Assembly: GCA_964470065.1 (NCBI GenBank)
Contig: CAYYAR010000016.1
Coordinates: forward strand, 5,080-69,079
Direction of reading: 5' to 3'
DNA: 64,000 bases
Source of the DNA: an uncultured Verrucomicrobiota bacterium
GTDB lineage: Bacteria > Verrucomicrobiota > Kiritimatiellia > CAIVKH01
The notes beneath the pieces are model-generated. The model did no database searches and had not been told where the DNA came from. It worked only from the letters and a program-made list of their open reading frames with translations. Each line of letters begins with the position of its first letter. The stretch's first letter is position 1. A program made the translations under genes and the position numbers. This document shows positions 29,368-39,387 of this stretch, piece by piece.

Positions 29368-29939
29368 AGGGTCCAGGAGCGCAGATCATCGATGGTGTCC
29401 GGACGCCGATCCGGGCCCATGGACCAGATGACCACACCCTCGCCGATCACCGCGCTGTAGCTGCTTTCCGGAATCGTGCAAATCGAATCATAGTCGGTAT
29501 CAAACACCATTTGATAGGGCCGGCCCCACGGATCGAGGACATCGCCGTTCTTGTTCCTTCGAAGCGTGGACGCCGCCTCCGGGGCGTTGACCAGGGCAAA
29601 GAAATTCAACTTTGCCGGATTGCCGCGATGAGCCTCGTTGCCGGCGCCATCCTCACCGAGCAACACGCGGATCACATCGCCATTGCCCCGGCTTAGTCCG
29701 AGGCGGATATCCCCTCGCCCGCTGGCATCGGGCGCCGGCCACAAGCGATACTCGCGATTGTACTGGTCGGCGGCGGAGACAAGCACGCGCAACTCACGAT
29801 ACACTCGTTTGGTGTGTTGATGATTGCGCCATTCAATGCCAAGCGGTGCGCCGAGCGACACCATCAGGAGCGCCACGGACAGAAGAAACAACACCTCGGC
29901 CCGGGCAAGGCCGGCTTTAAGGTGAGGCCGTTGGATCAT
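29364..29939 (-). CDS. GspG-like pseudopilin with a degenerate prepilin leader
   Basis: C-terminal LDPWGRPYQMVFD...VIWSMGPDRRPDTIDDLRSW resembles the GspG globular domain (DPWG.PY...S.G.DG...DDI.SW). The N-terminal KAG/LARAE-hydrophobic helix keeps Gly(-1) and Glu(+5) but not the F-T-L consensus. Confidence 0.6.
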   Translation of the reverse strand: MIQRPHLKAGLARAEVLFLLSVALLMVSLGAPLGIEWRNHQHTKRVYRELRVLVSAADQYNREYRLWPAPDASGRGDIRLGLSRGNGDVIRVLLGEDGAGNEAHRGNPAKLNFFALVNAPEAASTLRRNKNGDVLDPWGRPYQMVFDTDYDSICTIPESSYSAVIGEGVVIWSMGPDRRPDTIDDLRSWTL

Positions 29940-29965
29940 GGCCGGTCGCGGGAGCGCGTACGGGT

Positions 29966-31243
29966 CTAGCTCAGGTTGCCGATGATCGAAATCAACGGCA
30001 AGAACAAGGCGATGACGATGGTGCCAACCACCAAGGCGAGAAAAACGATCAGCAGCGGTTCGATAACCGATGTAAGACCGGCGACGGCATTATCCACTTC
30101 GTCGTCATAACTGTCGGCAATTTTCATCAACATTTCCGGCAGTTCACCGGTTTCTTCGCCGACCTGCACCATGCTCACCACCATCGGCGGGAATACGCCC
30201 GAGGACTCGATCGGCGGAGCCATGTTTTCGCCTTCCTTCACGGCATCGTGAATTTGTGACACGGCATTGGCGATGACTTCGTTGCCGGCGGTATCGCGCA
30301 CGATATTCAGCGCCTGCAAGACCGGCACGCCGGAGGACATCAAGGTGCCCAGGGTGCGGGTAAACCGGCCGACCACGGTCTTGCGAATGAGATTACCAAA
30401 AATCGGCATGCGCAATTTGAAGGCGTCGATGAAGTACGATCCCTTTTGGGTTTTGGCCAGCAACTTGAGCACGAACACCAGCGCCACGATGCCGATGATG
30501 AGAAAAGGCAGGCGTTTGGTCATCAATTCACTGGCGCTCATGACCACCTGCGTTAATCCGGGGAGCGCCTGTCCATCCAGCAACTCGGAAAAAATTTCTT
30601 TGAACTTTGGAATGATAACGATCATGAGAAAGGTCAAGATGCCGACGGCCATGACCAGCACGACCAGCGGGTAGACCATCGCGCCGACCACCTTGTTTTT
30701 GATCTTTTGCGCCTTCTCCATGAATTCGGCGAGACGCAACAACACCTGATCAAGCACGCCGCCGATTTCACCGGCTTTGGCCATGTTGACGTACAGCTTG
30801 TTGTAAATTTTCGGGTGCTGGGCCAGCGCCTCGGCAAAGGTACTGCCGGACTGGATCGAATCGGCCATTTCGCCAAGCGCTTTCTTCAGTCCGGGATTTT
30901 TCTCCTGGCGCTCGAGCACTTGCATCGCGCGCACGAGGGGAAGTCCGGCATCGACCAGCGTGGCCAGTTGCCGGGTGAACACCATCAGTTCCTTGGTCTT
31001 AACCTTGGTGAACAGGACGGGAAGTTTGATTTCCTTTTTCAGCCCGCCGGCGGATGAGGAGGTGCGGACCTTTTTCACGGGGACTTTGCCGGATTTTGCC
31101 ACCGTGGCGGCATCGCTCACGCTGGTGGGAAAGAGACCTTTCTCGCGAATTTTGGATAACGCGGCGGTTTGGTTTTCCGCCTCGACTTCGCCCCGGGACT
31201 CGGCGCCCCGCGCGTCCAATGCTACATACGAGAACTTAGGCAT
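29966..31243 (-). CDS. gspF: Type II secretion / type IV pilus platform protein (GspF/PilC family)
   Basis: 425 aa with two GspF-type cytoplasmic repeats (FTRQLATLVDAGLPL..., FTRTLGTLMSSGVPV...) and three TMs. Confidence 0.9.
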   Translation of the reverse strand: MPKFSYVALDARGAESRGEVEAENQTAALSKIREKGLFPTSVSDAATVAKSGKVPVKKVRTSSSAGGLKKEIKLPVLFTKVKTKELMVFTRQLATLVDAGLPLVRAMQVLERQEKNPGLKKALGEMADSIQSGSTFAEALAQHPKIYNKLYVNMAKAGEIGGVLDQVLLRLAEFMEKAQKIKNKVVGAMVYPLVVLVMAVGILTFLMIVIIPKFKEIFSELLDGQALPGLTQVVMSASELMTKRLPFLIIGIVALVFVLKLLAKTQKGSYFIDAFKLRMPIFGNLIRKTVVGRFTRTLGTLMSSGVPVLQALNIVRDTAGNEVIANAVSQIHDAVKEGENMAPPIESSGVFPPMVVSMVQVGEETGELPEMLMKIADSYDDEVDNAVAGLTSVIEPLLIVFLALVVGTIVIALFLPLISIIGNLS

Positions 31244-31365
31244 GTGTTTCCCTGATTAAACCCTTCCAGACAACCCGCTGAATAAAAGCTAAATATCTCT
31301 CAAATATAGTCAAGCGTTTTATCAAACTTTTTTGCCTGATGCACAACGAGTTCGGCAAGGCGTCA

Positions 31366-32784
31366 TCAACGAACTATCGATGCGAGGATCATGTCGCGGG
31401 CCATTTGCGGGTTAGCCTTGCCTTTGCTTGCTTTCATGACTTGACCGACCAAAAACTGCAGGGATGCCTGCTTGCCCTTACGGTAGTCCTCCACCGGTCC
31501 GGCATGCTCGCGCAGCACCTGATCCACCATGGCTTGTATCGCCCCGGTGTCGCTGACCTGAACCAGGCCTTTTTCCTTCACGACGGTGGCAGGATCCCCG
31601 CCTTCGGTGAAAAGGATGGCGAACACCTCCTTGGCCGCCGGGTGGTTAATTGTCTTGGATTCAACCAACTGAACGAGTTCGGCCAGCGCGACCGGCGTAA
31701 TCCTGGCCCGCGTGATCTCTCCCTCCACGTCGGCGAGCATGCGGAGCATTTCCGTCATGATCCAGTTCGACACCGCCTTGCCCTTGCCGCAACGACGAGC
31801 GGCATCTTCAAAAAAGTCTGCCACGGCACGATCGGCGGCAATTACGCCGGCATCATATTCCGGGATGTCGTACTCTTTTATCATCCGCTCGCGGCGAGCC
31901 GCCGGCATCTCCGGCAACGTCGCCCGCCATGCGTCCACCTGCTCCGCCGTCAATTCCACCGGCAGCAAATCCGGCTCGGGAAAATACCGGTAGTCATGGG
32001 CATATTCCTTGGAACGCATCGACGAGGAAACGCCGGCATCATCGTCCCATCGCCGCGTTTCCTGGGGGATCACATGGCCGCGTTGCAACTCGCGGATCTG
32101 CCGCTGGATTTCCGAGGCCAATGCGCGATGCGCGCCCCGGAAGGTATTCATGTTTTTGATTTCAACCTTGGTGCCGAGCGGACTTTCCCGTCCGGGTCGC
32201 ACCGATGTATTGATATCGCAACGGATGTTTCCCTGCTCAAGATTGCAATCGCTGATCCCGCCATACGCCAACACCTGCTTGAGCGCCGTGAGAAAGGCAA
32301 ACGCCTCGTCCTCGTTTTCCATATCCGGTTCGGTGACGATTTCCATCAACGGCGTGCCCGCGCGATTGAAGTCAATACCGCTGCCATCGGAAAAATGGGT
32401 ATTCTTGGCCACGTCCTCTTCCAGATGAATGCGGGTCAAGCGAACGATCTTGGTTCGATCCTTGAGCTGAATCTCCAATTGCCCGCCTGCACACAAAGGT
32501 TCGTCATACTGGGAGATCTGATAATTCTTGGCCTGATCCGGATAGAAATAATTTTTGCGATCAAATTTGTTTTTCAGATTGATGCGGCAACCGAGCAGCA
32601 GTCCGGTCATTACCGTCAACCTGACCGCTTCGGCATTAATCACCGGCAAGGCGCCCGGATAGCCCAGGCACACCGGACAGACCTGGCGATTTGGTCCGGC
32701 GCCGAACTGGTTGGGGCATCCGCAAAACATTTTCGTGCGGGTGCGCAACTGCACATGCACTTCGAGGCCGATGGAGGCGATCAT
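31366..32784 (-). CDS. gatB: Asp/Glu-tRNA(Asn/Gln) amidotransferase subunit B
   Basis: [13 protein letters not shown]...KMFCGC N-terminus. ATGA overlap with the gatA stop. The track model carries a 57-codon upstream extension inside gatA. Confidence 0.95.
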   Translation of the reverse strand: MIASIGLEVHVQLRTRTKMFCGCPNQFGAGPNRQVCPVCLGYPGALPVINAEAVRLTVMTGLLLGCRINLKNKFDRKNYFYPDQAKNYQISQYDEPLCAGGQLEIQLKDRTKIVRLTRIHLEEDVAKNTHFSDGSGIDFNRAGTPLMEIVTEPDMENEDEAFAFLTALKQVLAYGGISDCNLEQGNIRCDINTSVRPGRESPLGTKVEIKNMNTFRGAHRALASEIQRQIRELQRGHVIPQETRRWDDDAGVSSSMRSKEYAHDYRYFPEPDLLPVELTAEQVDAWRATLPEMPAARRERMIKEYDIPEYDAGVIAADRAVADFFEDAARRCGKGKAVSNWIMTEMLRMLADVEGEITRARITPVALAELVQLVESKTINHPAAKEVFAILFTEGGDPATVVKEKGLVQVSDTGAIQAMVDQVLREHAGPVEDYRKGKQASLQFLVGQVMKASKGKANPQMARDMILASIVR

Positions 32785-34259
32785 GACGCGCCCTCCTCCA
32801 CCGCGAGCCGTGGACGCACGGCCCGCCAGTTGGTCGCCTGCTCGTAGGCATACGCGACGCGAAACATCGCATCCTCGCGAAACGCCGGACCGAGAATCTG
32901 CAGCCCGGCCGGCAGGCCGGCCGGCGTATAGCCGCACGGCACCGACATGCCGCAAATGCCGGCAAGATTGGTGGTCACGGTGAAAATATCGCTCAAATAC
33001 ATTTGCAACGGATCACCGGTTTTCTCGCCGAAGCCAAAGGCCGCGGTCGGCGTGGTCGGCGTGAGGATCGCATCGCATGTCCGGAAGGCTTCGTCAAAAT
33101 CGCGCCGGATCAGCGAGCGCACTTTTTGCGCCCGGAGATAATAGGCATCGTAATAACCGCTGCTCAACACATAGGTGCCGAGGATGATGCGGCGCTTGAC
33201 TTCATTGCCAAAACCGGCGGCCCGGGTTTTCTCGTACATGTCGATCGGGTCGGATCCCGCCACCCGCATGCCGTAGCGCACGCCGTCGAAGCGGGCCAGA
33301 TTGGCCGAGGCCTCGGCGGTGGCAATGATGTAATACGTGGCAATCGCATACTCGGTGTGAGGCAAAGAAATATCCACCATCTCCGCACCAAGCGATTCGC
33401 ATTGCTTGACCGCGGCACGGACGAGTTGCTCGACGGCGGCATCCATGCCGCCCTGAAAATACTCACGGGGCAGACCGATTTTGAATCCTTTGATTCCCGC
33501 CGTCCGGTTTTCCCGCAACGCCGGCGCCGGCCCGGGAGCCGCGGTCGAGTCGAACGGATCCTCGCCGCACATGATTTCCGTCAGCAACGCGGCGTCGTCG
33601 ACATTTTTTGTGAACGGGCCGATCTGATCGAGCGACGACGCAAACGCAGTGAGCCCGTAGCGGGAGATTCTTCCGTACGAGGGCTTGACCCCCACCACCC
33701 CGCAAAACGATGCGGGCTGCCGGATCGAACCACCGGTATCGGTACCGAGGCTGGCGGTGATTTGGCCGGCCGCCACCGATGCGGCCGACCCGCCCGAGGA
33801 TCCGCCCGGCACGCTGGAGAGATTGAATGGATTACGCACGGGCCGGTAGGCGGAGTTTTCGTTGCTCGAGCCCATGGCAAACTCGTCCATGTTCAACCGG
33901 CCAACCATGATCGCGCCCTCGGCGCGAAGTTTGGCGACCGCCGTGGCGTCGTACGGCGAGGTGTACCCCTGCAAAATTTTCGACCCGCAGGTGCAAGGAT
34001 GCCCCTTCACATTCAAGACATCCTTGATGCCAACGGGAATGCCCAGCAGACGACCTTTTCCGCCGGCGGCCCGTCCGGCATCGGCCGCGCGGGCATCAGC
34101 CAGCGCCTGTTCGCGATCGAGATGCAGAAACGCACCGATGCGGTCGTCGGTCGCGGCGATGCGGTCAAGATACGCGGTCATGACTTCGACCGCCGAGCAC
34201 TCGCCGCGCTCCAGCGCCTCGATGGTTTCACCGATAGTGGCCTGATGAATCGCGGTCAT
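32781..34259 (-). CDS. gatA: Asp/Glu-tRNA(Asn/Gln) amidotransferase subunit A
   Basis: Amidase signature [14 protein letters not shown]...[15 protein letters not shown] at 34259 lies 1 nt after the gatC stop. Confidence 0.95.
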   Translation of the reverse strand: MTAIHQATIGETIEALERGECSAVEVMTAYLDRIAATDDRIGAFLHLDREQALADARAADAGRAAGGKGRLLGIPVGIKDVLNVKGHPCTCGSKILQGYTSPYDATAVAKLRAEGAIMVGRLNMDEFAMGSSNENSAYRPVRNPFNLSSVPGGSSGGSAASVAAGQITASLGTDTGGSIRQPASFCGVVGVKPSYGRISRYGLTAFASSLDQIGPFTKNVDDAALLTEIMCGEDPFDSTAAPGPAPALRENRTAGIKGFKIGLPREYFQGGMDAAVEQLVRAAVKQCESLGAEMVDISLPHTEYAIATYYIIATAEASANLARFDGVRYGMRVAGSDPIDMYEKTRAAGFGNEVKRRIILGTYVLSSGYYDAYYLRAQKVRSLIRRDFDEAFRTCDAILTPTTPTAAFGFGEKTGDPLQMYLSDIFTVTTNLAGICGMSVPCGYTPAGLPAGLQILGPAFREDAMFRVAYAYEQATNWRAVRPRLAVEEGAS

Positions 34260-34260
34260 G

Positions 34261-34551
34261 CTACTCGATAATCCTCGGGACAAAAAATTGCTCCTGCTTC
34301 TCCGCCGGCGCGTTAGCGAGCACCGCTTCGTGGTCGAGACCCGGCCGCGGCTCGTCGGCGCGGAAACGATTCTTCACCGGCATCGCATGAGCCATCGGCT
34401 CGATGCCGGTTACGTCCAGTTCCTTGAGTTTATCGACGTGGGCAAGAATGTGTTCCAGTTGTTGCTGGAACAAGCCCTGCTCTTCTACGGACAACGCGAT
34501 ACGGGCAAGATGCGCCACATAGGCCACATCGATTTTTTCGGGTTGATGCAT
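34261..34551 (-). CDS. gatC: Asp/Glu-tRNA(Asn/Gln) amidotransferase subunit C
   Basis: [25 protein letters not shown]...[11 protein letters not shown] is typical of GatC. The track start at 34587 is TTG. Confidence 0.9.
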   Translation of the reverse strand: MHQPEKIDVAYVAHLARIALSVEEQGLFQQQLEHILAHVDKLKELDVTGIEPMAHAMPVKNRFRADEPRPGLDHEAVLANAPAEKQEQFFVPRIIE

Positions 34552-34609
34552 GGGCGACTTTATATAAGGACGCGGCCGCGCTGGCAATCACGGAGCGGCC
34601 GGATCATCG

Positions 34610-35971
34610 TCAACTCATGCGCCAGGGCAACACATTGAGGGTGCGGTTCCACAGCCAGCGCAGGATTTGCCGCGTCGGCACCGCCCGCACCTCCTGAACG
34701 TGCCCGAGCAACATCCATGCCTGCATGCGAAAGAGCGCCGCCACGGCAAACAGCGTGTGATAGCCCGTCCAGTGATACGATCCAAGGTGTCCTTCGTACT
34801 TGCTGAAAATTTCAAACAACTCGCCGGAGAGCAGGCCGGCGCCAAAACCAACCACGCCGGTGACGGCGCCAATCACGGCAAGTTGCAACATCCGGCGGTC
34901 GCGGGGCGCCGTGACCACCGACAAATTGAACATCGCGGCGTTGATGCCGCCCCAGGAAAGGGCGTCCATGATCCCGCTGATCCAGATGAAGGTCAGATTG
35001 CCCGGCGTAGCCAGCATCCAGCAGGCCGGATGAGCGGATCCGGCAATGAACGTGGTGATTTTCAAAACTTGTTTGTGCCCGATGCGGTCGGCCACCTTGC
35101 CCCACCAGGTGCCGATGACCAAGGTGGCCAGCGAGGCAATCGCCGACCAGATGGCCACCTGGGTGTAGCTCATCTTGAGGTGCTGGAAGAAATACGGGAT
35201 CACAAAAGGCGCGGCGAGCATGACAGAACCGCTCCAATACACCGCGAAGACGAGAAACCGCCGGAAATTGGCATTGGCAAACAATTCACGTATCATGCGG
35301 AAAAGCGATGTTTCATGCCGGGCCAGTTTTGGCTCATAGTGAAAACTGTAGAGGCGAATCCCGATCAGCGCGAAAATCACGGCGATCAACATGACCATCT
35401 GAAACCCCGCCGGGGCGGGCGCGCGATCGAGAAACATTCCGGCGCCGAGCACCGACGCCGTGCCGATGATGCCGAGCAACCCGTTGCGAAAGCCGAAATA
35501 CTTCCCGCGCCATGCATCCGGCACCACGTCGGCCATCAGCGATGCCCACGCCGGACCCAAACTGTTTTGAAACAGCGCGGAGATGAATACGACCGCCATC
35601 ATGATGTGCACCATCACCGGCATCGACAAGCCGAAGAGTGGCATCAGTACCGGCACCATCCAAACGGCCCGCCCGACCAGACCGGCCCAGATCATGAACG
35701 TCAAACGCGAACCGATTTGCGTTACCAGCCATGCCGAAAACGGACTCATCATCTGCACGAGAAAGGGAATACTCGCCACGGCGGCCAGTTGTTTTGCGCT
35801 GGCGCCAAGATAAATCATCATGCCGGTCAGAATGCTGCCGGACGTCCAGACCAGAAATACCTGGGTAAAACTTCCCTCGATGATCGACAGTCGCAGGGTG
35901 TGACGGATTTGTTGCGCGGGCAGAAGTTCCGGCACCATGACGACCGGTTCGACTGAAGGAGCGCGTTGCAT
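34610..35971 (-). CDS. MFS transporter
   Basis: About 12 hydrophobic helices, with a GRLxxR-like loop (LVGRAVW) and an overall MFS layout. ATG at 35971 preferred over the TTG at 36016. Same strand as the transglutaminase gene and 81 nt downstream of it. Confidence 0.75.
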   Translation of the reverse strand: MQRAPSVEPVVMVPELLPAQQIRHTLRLSIIEGSFTQVFLVWTSGSILTGMMIYLGASAKQLAAVASIPFLVQMMSPFSAWLVTQIGSRLTFMIWAGLVGRAVWMVPVLMPLFGLSMPVMVHIMMAVVFISALFQNSLGPAWASLMADVVPDAWRGKYFGFRNGLLGIIGTASVLGAGMFLDRAPAPAGFQMVMLIAVIFALIGIRLYSFHYEPKLARHETSLFRMIRELFANANFRRFLVFAVYWSGSVMLAAPFVIPYFFQHLKMSYTQVAIWSAIASLATLVIGTWWGKVADRIGHKQVLKITTFIAGSAHPACWMLATPGNLTFIWISGIMDALSWGGINAAMFNLSVVTAPRDRRMLQLAVIGAVTGVVGFGAGLLSGELFEIFSKYEGHLGSYHWTGYHTLFAVAALFRMQAWMLLGHVQEVRAVPTRQILRWLWNRTLNVLPWRMS

Positions 35972-36052
35972 GAGTGGGTGATCGTCAACAATGGACCCGG
36001 GCGAATCAACATGCAAGACGATTGCTAGTCATGCATGCGCGCATCATTCGCG

Positions 36053-36898
36053 CTAGGACGGTTTCACGGAAATTTTGATCGACCATGACATCTCCGCCGC
36101 GATGTTATCGCCCACGACGGTTCCCTCCACCGGCGCGGCGCCCTGCGGATCGCGCGAGGCACAAACCGGAATGTGCCCGCCGGTTACGGCGAGTCCGCTG
36201 GAGGGGTCGTAACCGCGCCAGCCGGCGCCGGGAAGATAAATCTCGGCCCATGCATGCAAGTATCTTTTCTCACTGGCGATCACGCCCCGCCAGTATCCGC
36301 TGACAAAACGGGCCGCCAACCCGACTTGACGGCAAAGCTCGACAAACAGCACGGCGAGATCCCGGCAGGCGCCGCAACGGGAAGCGATCAAATCGTTTGG
36401 ATGCATGGGTTCACCCTGCTCCCGCACCACGGTCTTGTAGGCCCTGAAATGCTTGAGCAATTCGTTGAGAAAACCCTGCGTAGTTGGCCCCGAAAGTTTG
36501 CGCACCTTATCGGCGAGCTCCACCACGGGTCCATCCCAGATCGATTGGGTACGGTACGGCGCCAGGACGGAAGCATGACGCTTGTATTCCACGGGCAGGT
36601 TCAGTGCGCGCGGCTCGTTGACCACATAATCGTAGGGGTTGATCTCCCTGGCCCTCGCTTCAAAACTGGAAACGATCACCAGGCTGCGCGTCGGCTGGCT
36701 GAACCAGGCCAGATCGACCTGATTTCCCTCGGCATCGAGCGTCTCGACGTGCGAAACCGGCGCGGGATGGAACTGCAAATCGTATTTCACCAGATGCGTT
36801 TGTGCGGTCACGCGCGGACGCAGGCGCACCAGATGCGGTCCGAGGGACACCTCGCCGGAGTAGTTGTAACGGGTGGTGTGCTGAACGCGAAAATACAT
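36053..36898 (-). CDS. Transglutaminase-like cysteine protease family protein
   Basis: Cys-His-Asp triad context: CGACRDLAVLFV, LHAWAEIYLPGAGW, GYDPS. N-terminal Bact_transglu_N-like region. TAATG overlap with the alpha-E stop. Confidence 0.85.
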   Translation of the reverse strand: MYFRVQHTTRYNYSGEVSLGPHLVRLRPRVTAQTHLVKYDLQFHPAPVSHVETLDAEGNQVDLAWFSQPTRSLVIVSSFEARAREINPYDYVVNEPRALNLPVEYKRHASVLAPYRTQSIWDGPVVELADKVRKLSGPTTQGFLNELLKHFRAYKTVVREQGEPMHPNDLIASRCGACRDLAVLFVELCRQVGLAARFVSGYWRGVIASEKRYLHAWAEIYLPGAGWRGYDPSSGLAVTGGHIPVCASRDPQGAAPVEGTVVGDNIAAEMSWSIKISVKPS

Positions 36899-37881
36899 TA
36901 CTGGGTATGGACGAGGTTGCGCTGATCCGCGGGCGCCGGCTTGATGGCAAAATAGTGATCGAAAATGCTTTGCCCGGCCTGGTTGATGAAATCCTGCAAC
37001 TCATCGAGATATTCATGCAATCCACCGCGAATGATATCGGCGGGGTTCATGTAGTTCATCGTCGACGTGAGTTGGCCGATCCGCTGCTCGGGCGGATTGC
37101 CAAAGGAGCCCAACGGCGTGCCGGAGATGGCGTGGAGGCAACGTTGTGCGGCGATAAGACAAAACAACACCGATCGCGGAAACGTGCGATCGAGCAGAAG
37201 AAACTCGATGATGCGATCCGGCCGGATGAGACCGTGCTGTTTGCGATACATTTGCAGCGCGCTGGCCGAACGAAGCAACGCCGACCAGTGCAACTCGTCC
37301 AGCGTGGAGCCGACATCCTCGACCGAGGGCAGCAGGATGAAATACTTTACGTCGAGCAGGCGGGTGGTTTTATCCGCGCGCTCGATGTACTGGCCAAGCC
37401 GGATGAAATGCCAGGGCTCGCCGTGGGTCATGGAGTTCTCCAGCACGCCGGCAAAAAGCTGACTGGCTTTTTTCACCCGCGAAAAGAATTCGTAAGGCAC
37501 ATCCCCCGTCCCGTATAGCGCGGCGCCATCCTCCATCATGGCATGGAAGTGATTAATCTGCTCCCAGAGCTCCACGGTGATGGTGTCGCGAATCGAGCGG
37601 GCATTTTCGCGGGCCTGGCGGACGCAGCAGGCGATGGAACTCAAGTAATCCGGATCAAAGGTCAGAAATCGAAGCACGCTTTCGCGGGTGGCTTCTCCGT
37701 AGACCGAGGTAAAATAGGCATCGTCTCCGGTGATTTGCACCAGCGGCGCCCATTGCTCACCGCGGTCACCCGGCAAATCCACCAGCAAATGTTGATTGAC
37801 GTCGGCAAAGCGGGCGACGCTTTCGGCCCGTTCGAGATAACGGCCAATCCAGTAACACGAGTCGGCGACGCGGCTTAGCAT
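36898..37881 (-). CDS. Alpha-E domain protein (DUF403)
   Basis: MLSRVADSCYWIGRYLERAE is the canonical N-terminus of the alpha-E family, which is always linked to circularly permuted ATP-grasp genes. Confidence 0.85.
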   Translation of the reverse strand: MLSRVADSCYWIGRYLERAESVARFADVNQHLLVDLPGDRGEQWAPLVQITGDDAYFTSVYGEATRESVLRFLTFDPDYLSSIACCVRQARENARSIRDTITVELWEQINHFHAMMEDGAALYGTGDVPYEFFSRVKKASQLFAGVLENSMTHGEPWHFIRLGQYIERADKTTRLLDVKYFILLPSVEDVGSTLDELHWSALLRSASALQMYRKQHGLIRPDRIIEFLLLDRTFPRSVLFCLIAAQRCLHAISGTPLGSFGNPPEQRIGQLTSTMNYMNPADIIRGGLHEYLDELQDFINQAGQSIFDHYFAIKPAPADQRNLVHTQ

Positions 37882-37886
37882 AGAAT

Positions 37887-39344
37887 TTAAACGACCTTCT
37901 CTTCGATGACCCAGGTGTCTTTGCTTCCACCTCCCTGGGAGGAGTTGACCACCAACGAACCTTTTTTAAGCGCGACCCGGGTCAATCCGCCCGGCAAGAC
38001 ATACATGTTGTTGCGACCGGATAGAATGTAGGGACGCAAGTCGACATGGCGTCCTTCGAGACGGTCGCCGGAAACGATGGGGACGCGGGACAGCGCCATC
38101 ACGGGCTGAGCGATATAATTGCGGGGGGCGGCGAGAATTTTCTGCCGGAATTCGTCGCGCTCCGCGCTGGAAGCCTGCGGGCCGATCAGCATGCCGTAGC
38201 CTCCGGCTTCGTTGGCGGATTTCACCACCAGCTTGTCCAGATTCTCCGTGACGTAGCGGCAATCCTCTTGGCGCCAGCACAAGTAGGTCGGCACATTCGG
38301 CAGCAATGGCTCCTCGCCGAGGTAGAAACGGATCATGTCGGTAACGTAGGCATACACCACTTTGTCATCGGCCACGCCGGTGCCGGGCGCATTGGCGATG
38401 GCAACGTTCCCGCGTTGATAGGCTCGCATCAATCCCGGTACGCCAATCATCGAATCGGGCCGGAACGCCAGCGGGTCAAGAAAATCATCATCGATGCGCC
38501 GGTAGATGACATCGACCCGGGAGAAACCCTTCGTGGTGCGCATGAACACATGATCGTCCTGCACCACGAGATCGCGACCTTCCACCAGCGACGCGCCCAT
38601 CTGACGGGCCAGCAGGGAATGTTCGAAGTAGGCTGAATTCATCATGCCGGGGGTGAGCACCACCACATTCGGCCTGATCGCGCGGGCCGGAGCGATACCA
38701 ATGAGCATCTCCAGCAGACGTTCGGCATAATCATCCACCGGCTTGACGCGAAGCGACTTGAACAGGTTCGGAAAGGTTCGCTTCATCACGCGGCGGTTCT
38801 CCAGCACATACGAAACGCCGGAAGGACAGCGGAGATTGTCTTCCAGCACGTAAAACCTGCCGTCGCTGTGGCGGATCAAATCCGTGCCGGTGATATGGCA
38901 CCAAATGCCGCCGGGCGGCTGGAAGTTACGACAGATCGGGCGGTAATGCGCGGCGGTGGTAATGACGTCCGCGGGAATCACGCCGTCGCGAATGATTTTC
39001 TGTTCTCCGTAAATGTCGCCGAGAAACATGTTCAGCGCTTGAATGCGCTGACGAAGCCCACGCTCCAGTTGCTTCCATTCGCTCGAGGCAATCACCCGGG
39101 GCACGACATCGAAGGGCAGGATTTTTTCTTTTCCTTCGTTGTTGTTGTATACCAGAAAAGTGGCGCCGAGATTTCTGAGCATCTCTTCGGCGCTTTTCTG
39201 ATATCGGAGGATATCGCTTTGGCCTACGCCACTGAGCACATCAAACACGGGCTTGGCGCAAGCCCTCGGCGATTCGTTATCGCCGAACATCTCATCGTAA
39301 AATCCCCCGGTTTCGTAACCGCCCGTTAAAAGTCCGCTATGCAT
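37887..39344 (-). CDS. Circularly permuted type-2 ATP-grasp protein (DUF404/DUF407)
   Basis: 485 aa from ATG at 39344 (MHSGLLTGGYETGGFYDEMF), with conserved FLVYNNNEGKEKILPFDVVPR and VVKSANEAGGYGMLIGP regions. Start re-set because a sigma-54 promoter overlaps the 39383 and 39365 ATGs, and AAGGG lies 5 nt upstream of 39344. Confidence 0.85.
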   Translation of the reverse strand: MHSGLLTGGYETGGFYDEMFGDNESPRACAKPVFDVLSGVGQSDILRYQKSAEEMLRNLGATFLVYNNNEGKEKILPFDVVPRVIASSEWKQLERGLRQRIQALNMFLGDIYGEQKIIRDGVIPADVITTAAHYRPICRNFQPPGGIWCHITGTDLIRHSDGRFYVLEDNLRCPSGVSYVLENRRVMKRTFPNLFKSLRVKPVDDYAERLLEMLIGIAPARAIRPNVVVLTPGMMNSAYFEHSLLARQMGASLVEGRDLVVQDDHVFMRTTKGFSRVDVIYRRIDDDFLDPLAFRPDSMIGVPGLMRAYQRGNVAIANAPGTGVADDKVVYAYVTDMIRFYLGEEPLLPNVPTYLCWRQEDCRYVTENLDKLVVKSANEAGGYGMLIGPQASSAERDEFRQKILAAPRNYIAQPVMALSRVPIVSGDRLEGRHVDLRPYILSGRNNMYVLPGGLTRVALKKGSLVVNSSQGGGSKDTWVIEEKVV

Positions 39345-39371
39345 GACGCCCTTCCGTGTGAACATGTGGTT

Positions 39372-39387
39372 AGCAACATGCATGCCA
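39372..39387 (-). promoter_or_regulatory. Sigma-54 (-24/-12) promoter of the ATP-grasp operon
   Basis: The minus strand reads TGGCATGCATGTTGCT (TGGCAY-N5-TTGCW, correct GG/GC 12-nt register). A predicted TSS about 12 nt downstream gives the leader CACACGGAAGGGCGTC-ATG. An AT-rich block (39440..39545) and the inverted repeat GCACGG-N22-CCGTGC (39541..39574) lie upstream. Confidence 0.6.

Noticed and set aside
29205-29696. 163-aa plus-strand ORF
   Set aside because: It is antisense to the GspG-like gene and has an Arg/Gly/Ile-rich composition. The short 29197..29367 ORF in another frame is the only plausible plus-strand coding segment here.
31339-34271. Very long plus-strand ORFs (31339..32847, 502 aa; 33003..34271, 422 aa) opposite gatB and gatA
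   Set aside because: They are shadow ORFs typical of GC-rich DNA. Their translations are Arg/Gly/His-rich low-complexity sequence with no motifs, whereas the minus-strand frames carry unmistakable GatB and GatA signatures.
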